This document shows positions 62,890 through 64,000 of a stretch of DNA of 64,000 nucleotides, piece by piece (the stretch's first letter is position 1; every line of letters begins with the position of its first letter). The stretch covers positions 124,001-188,000 of the forward strand of contig JAVKOQ020000065.1 of the NCBI GenBank assembly GCA_031835245.2. The letters are read 5' to 3'. The DNA comes from Balamuthia mandrillaris (taxonomy: Eukaryota). Both the position numbers and the translations under genes were made by a program. The notes beneath the pieces are model-generated. The model saw nothing but the letters and a program-made list of their open reading frames with translations, had not been told where the DNA came from and ran no database searches.

Positions 62890-63590
62890 ATGATGTCTGG
62901 TGTGTCTGACCTTACCAAGAAATTCTCCGCTGGAGAACCTGCGGCAGACAATGGCACCGCCTCTCCTGTCGGTGCTGCCAAGACCGGAAAAGGGTAACGT
63001 TAACGTTGATGATAGCCGTCTGGCTTTGCTTTTCCCTTCTTCCATACTTCTATTTTGTTTGTATGTGTGGTGGTGCTGTTTTTTTTGTTTTTTGTTGCTT
63101 GCTTCTTATCGTTTCTGGTGGACCCAAAAAATAAAAATACCAAGGTCGATCATTTCGGTCAAGACGGAAAGGTGCATAGTCTGCGATAAAGCGGTTTATT
63201 TCAGCGACAAGCTGCAAGCTGATGGCAAAGTGTTCCACAAGGCATGTTTCCGCTGCACCGAATGCAAGAACGTTCTCAAGCTTGGTAGCTACGCTTCTCT
63301 AGAAGGTAACAAAAAAACCTCTCCATGAAACCTTTCTTTCGTTTTACGTTTTTGTTGTTGTTGAAAAGAAACTTAACGTTATTACCATCGCATTATCTTC
63401 ATGTTTTTTTTTCCTTTGCTTTGCTTTGCTTTGCTTTGCTTTGCTTTGCTTTGCTTTGCTTTGCTTTGCTTTGCTTTGCTTTGCTTTGCTTTGCTTTGCT
63501 TTGCTTTGCTTTCAGGCAAATACTATTGCAAACCTCACTTCAAACAGTTGTTCGCTTTGAAGGGTACACTACCGCTCTCTTTGGCATTTG

Positions 63591-63646
<56 letters not shown>

Positions 63647-64000
63647 ACCAATGTTACCCTGCGAATGCTTCTTCCCTGGCGTGTTTCTTTTTTGTTTTAA
63701 CTGATTATTATTGTTTTATTTTGCTTTCTTAACAGGAAACTACGCCGAAGGGTTTGGAGAAAAGAAGCCAGACCAGCTGTGGAGGGAGGCCAAAGAGGGC
63801 TCCCAAATCAACGCCGAAACATCGTCAACAACAGTACCAAAGAGCCCTGATACTCAGAGAAAAGAAGAAAAGAAAGAAAAAGAGGAGACGAACGGGACCG
63901 CTCAACAAGAAGATGAACAAAAGAGAAAGCAAGAGGAACAAAGGAAGAGAGAAGAAGAAAGAATAGCAAGAGAAAAGAAAGAGGCAGAAGATCAACAGAA
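62890..64000 (+). CDS. LIM-domain protein (LIMD2/EPLIN/plant-LIM type), continues past the window end
   Basis: MMSGVSDLTKKF... spliced to CIVCDKAVYFSDKLQADGKVFHKACFRCTECKNVLKLGSYASLE|GKYYCKPHFKQLFALK|GNYAEGFG. Charged coiled-coil stays open to 64000. Confidence 0.9.
63414..63512. repeat. (TTTGC)n pentanucleotide microsatellite in a LIM-gene intron
   Basis: About 20 perfect units seen directly. Confidence 0.9.

Noticed and set aside
441..63732. Numerous RERERE/SLSLSL ORFs
   Set aside because: They are read-through of (GA)n/(CT)n intron microsatellites.

Overview
Gene-dense eukaryotic DNA with many short GT-AG introns filled with (CT)n/(GA)n microsatellites. The gene content (nucleus-encoded Cox1-c, Zn2Cys6 factor, ComC-like YDPDF membrane-protein tail, Spalten-like PP2C) points to an amoebozoan. 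A Balamuthia/Acanthamoeba-type free-living amoeba is my inference and is not proven. Recognisable genes, in order: VPS10/sortilin receptor, F-box protein, phosphoketolase, PQ-loop transporter, PTEN-like phosphatase, Cox1-c, SPFH/prohibitin, rhodanese, UPF0132-like membrane protein, MsrB, HPS1, PARP1-like with two WWE domains, a second F-box protein, Nudix hydrolase, PP2C, Zn2Cys6 factor and a LIM protein. The standout region is 27-42 kb. It holds five intronless, TATA-driven paralogs of a secreted protein built almost entirely of (D/N)(V/I)(R/V)YDGG heptads. Four of them form a mosaic inverted duplication around HPS1. Two putative structured non-coding elements between these genes share collinear motifs. 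Window-wide, a TTGTCGAC(AA) motif marks promoter regions, and introns often end in an A-rich tract plus AAG. Exon boundaries, counts and pairings were read by eye, with no database searches.
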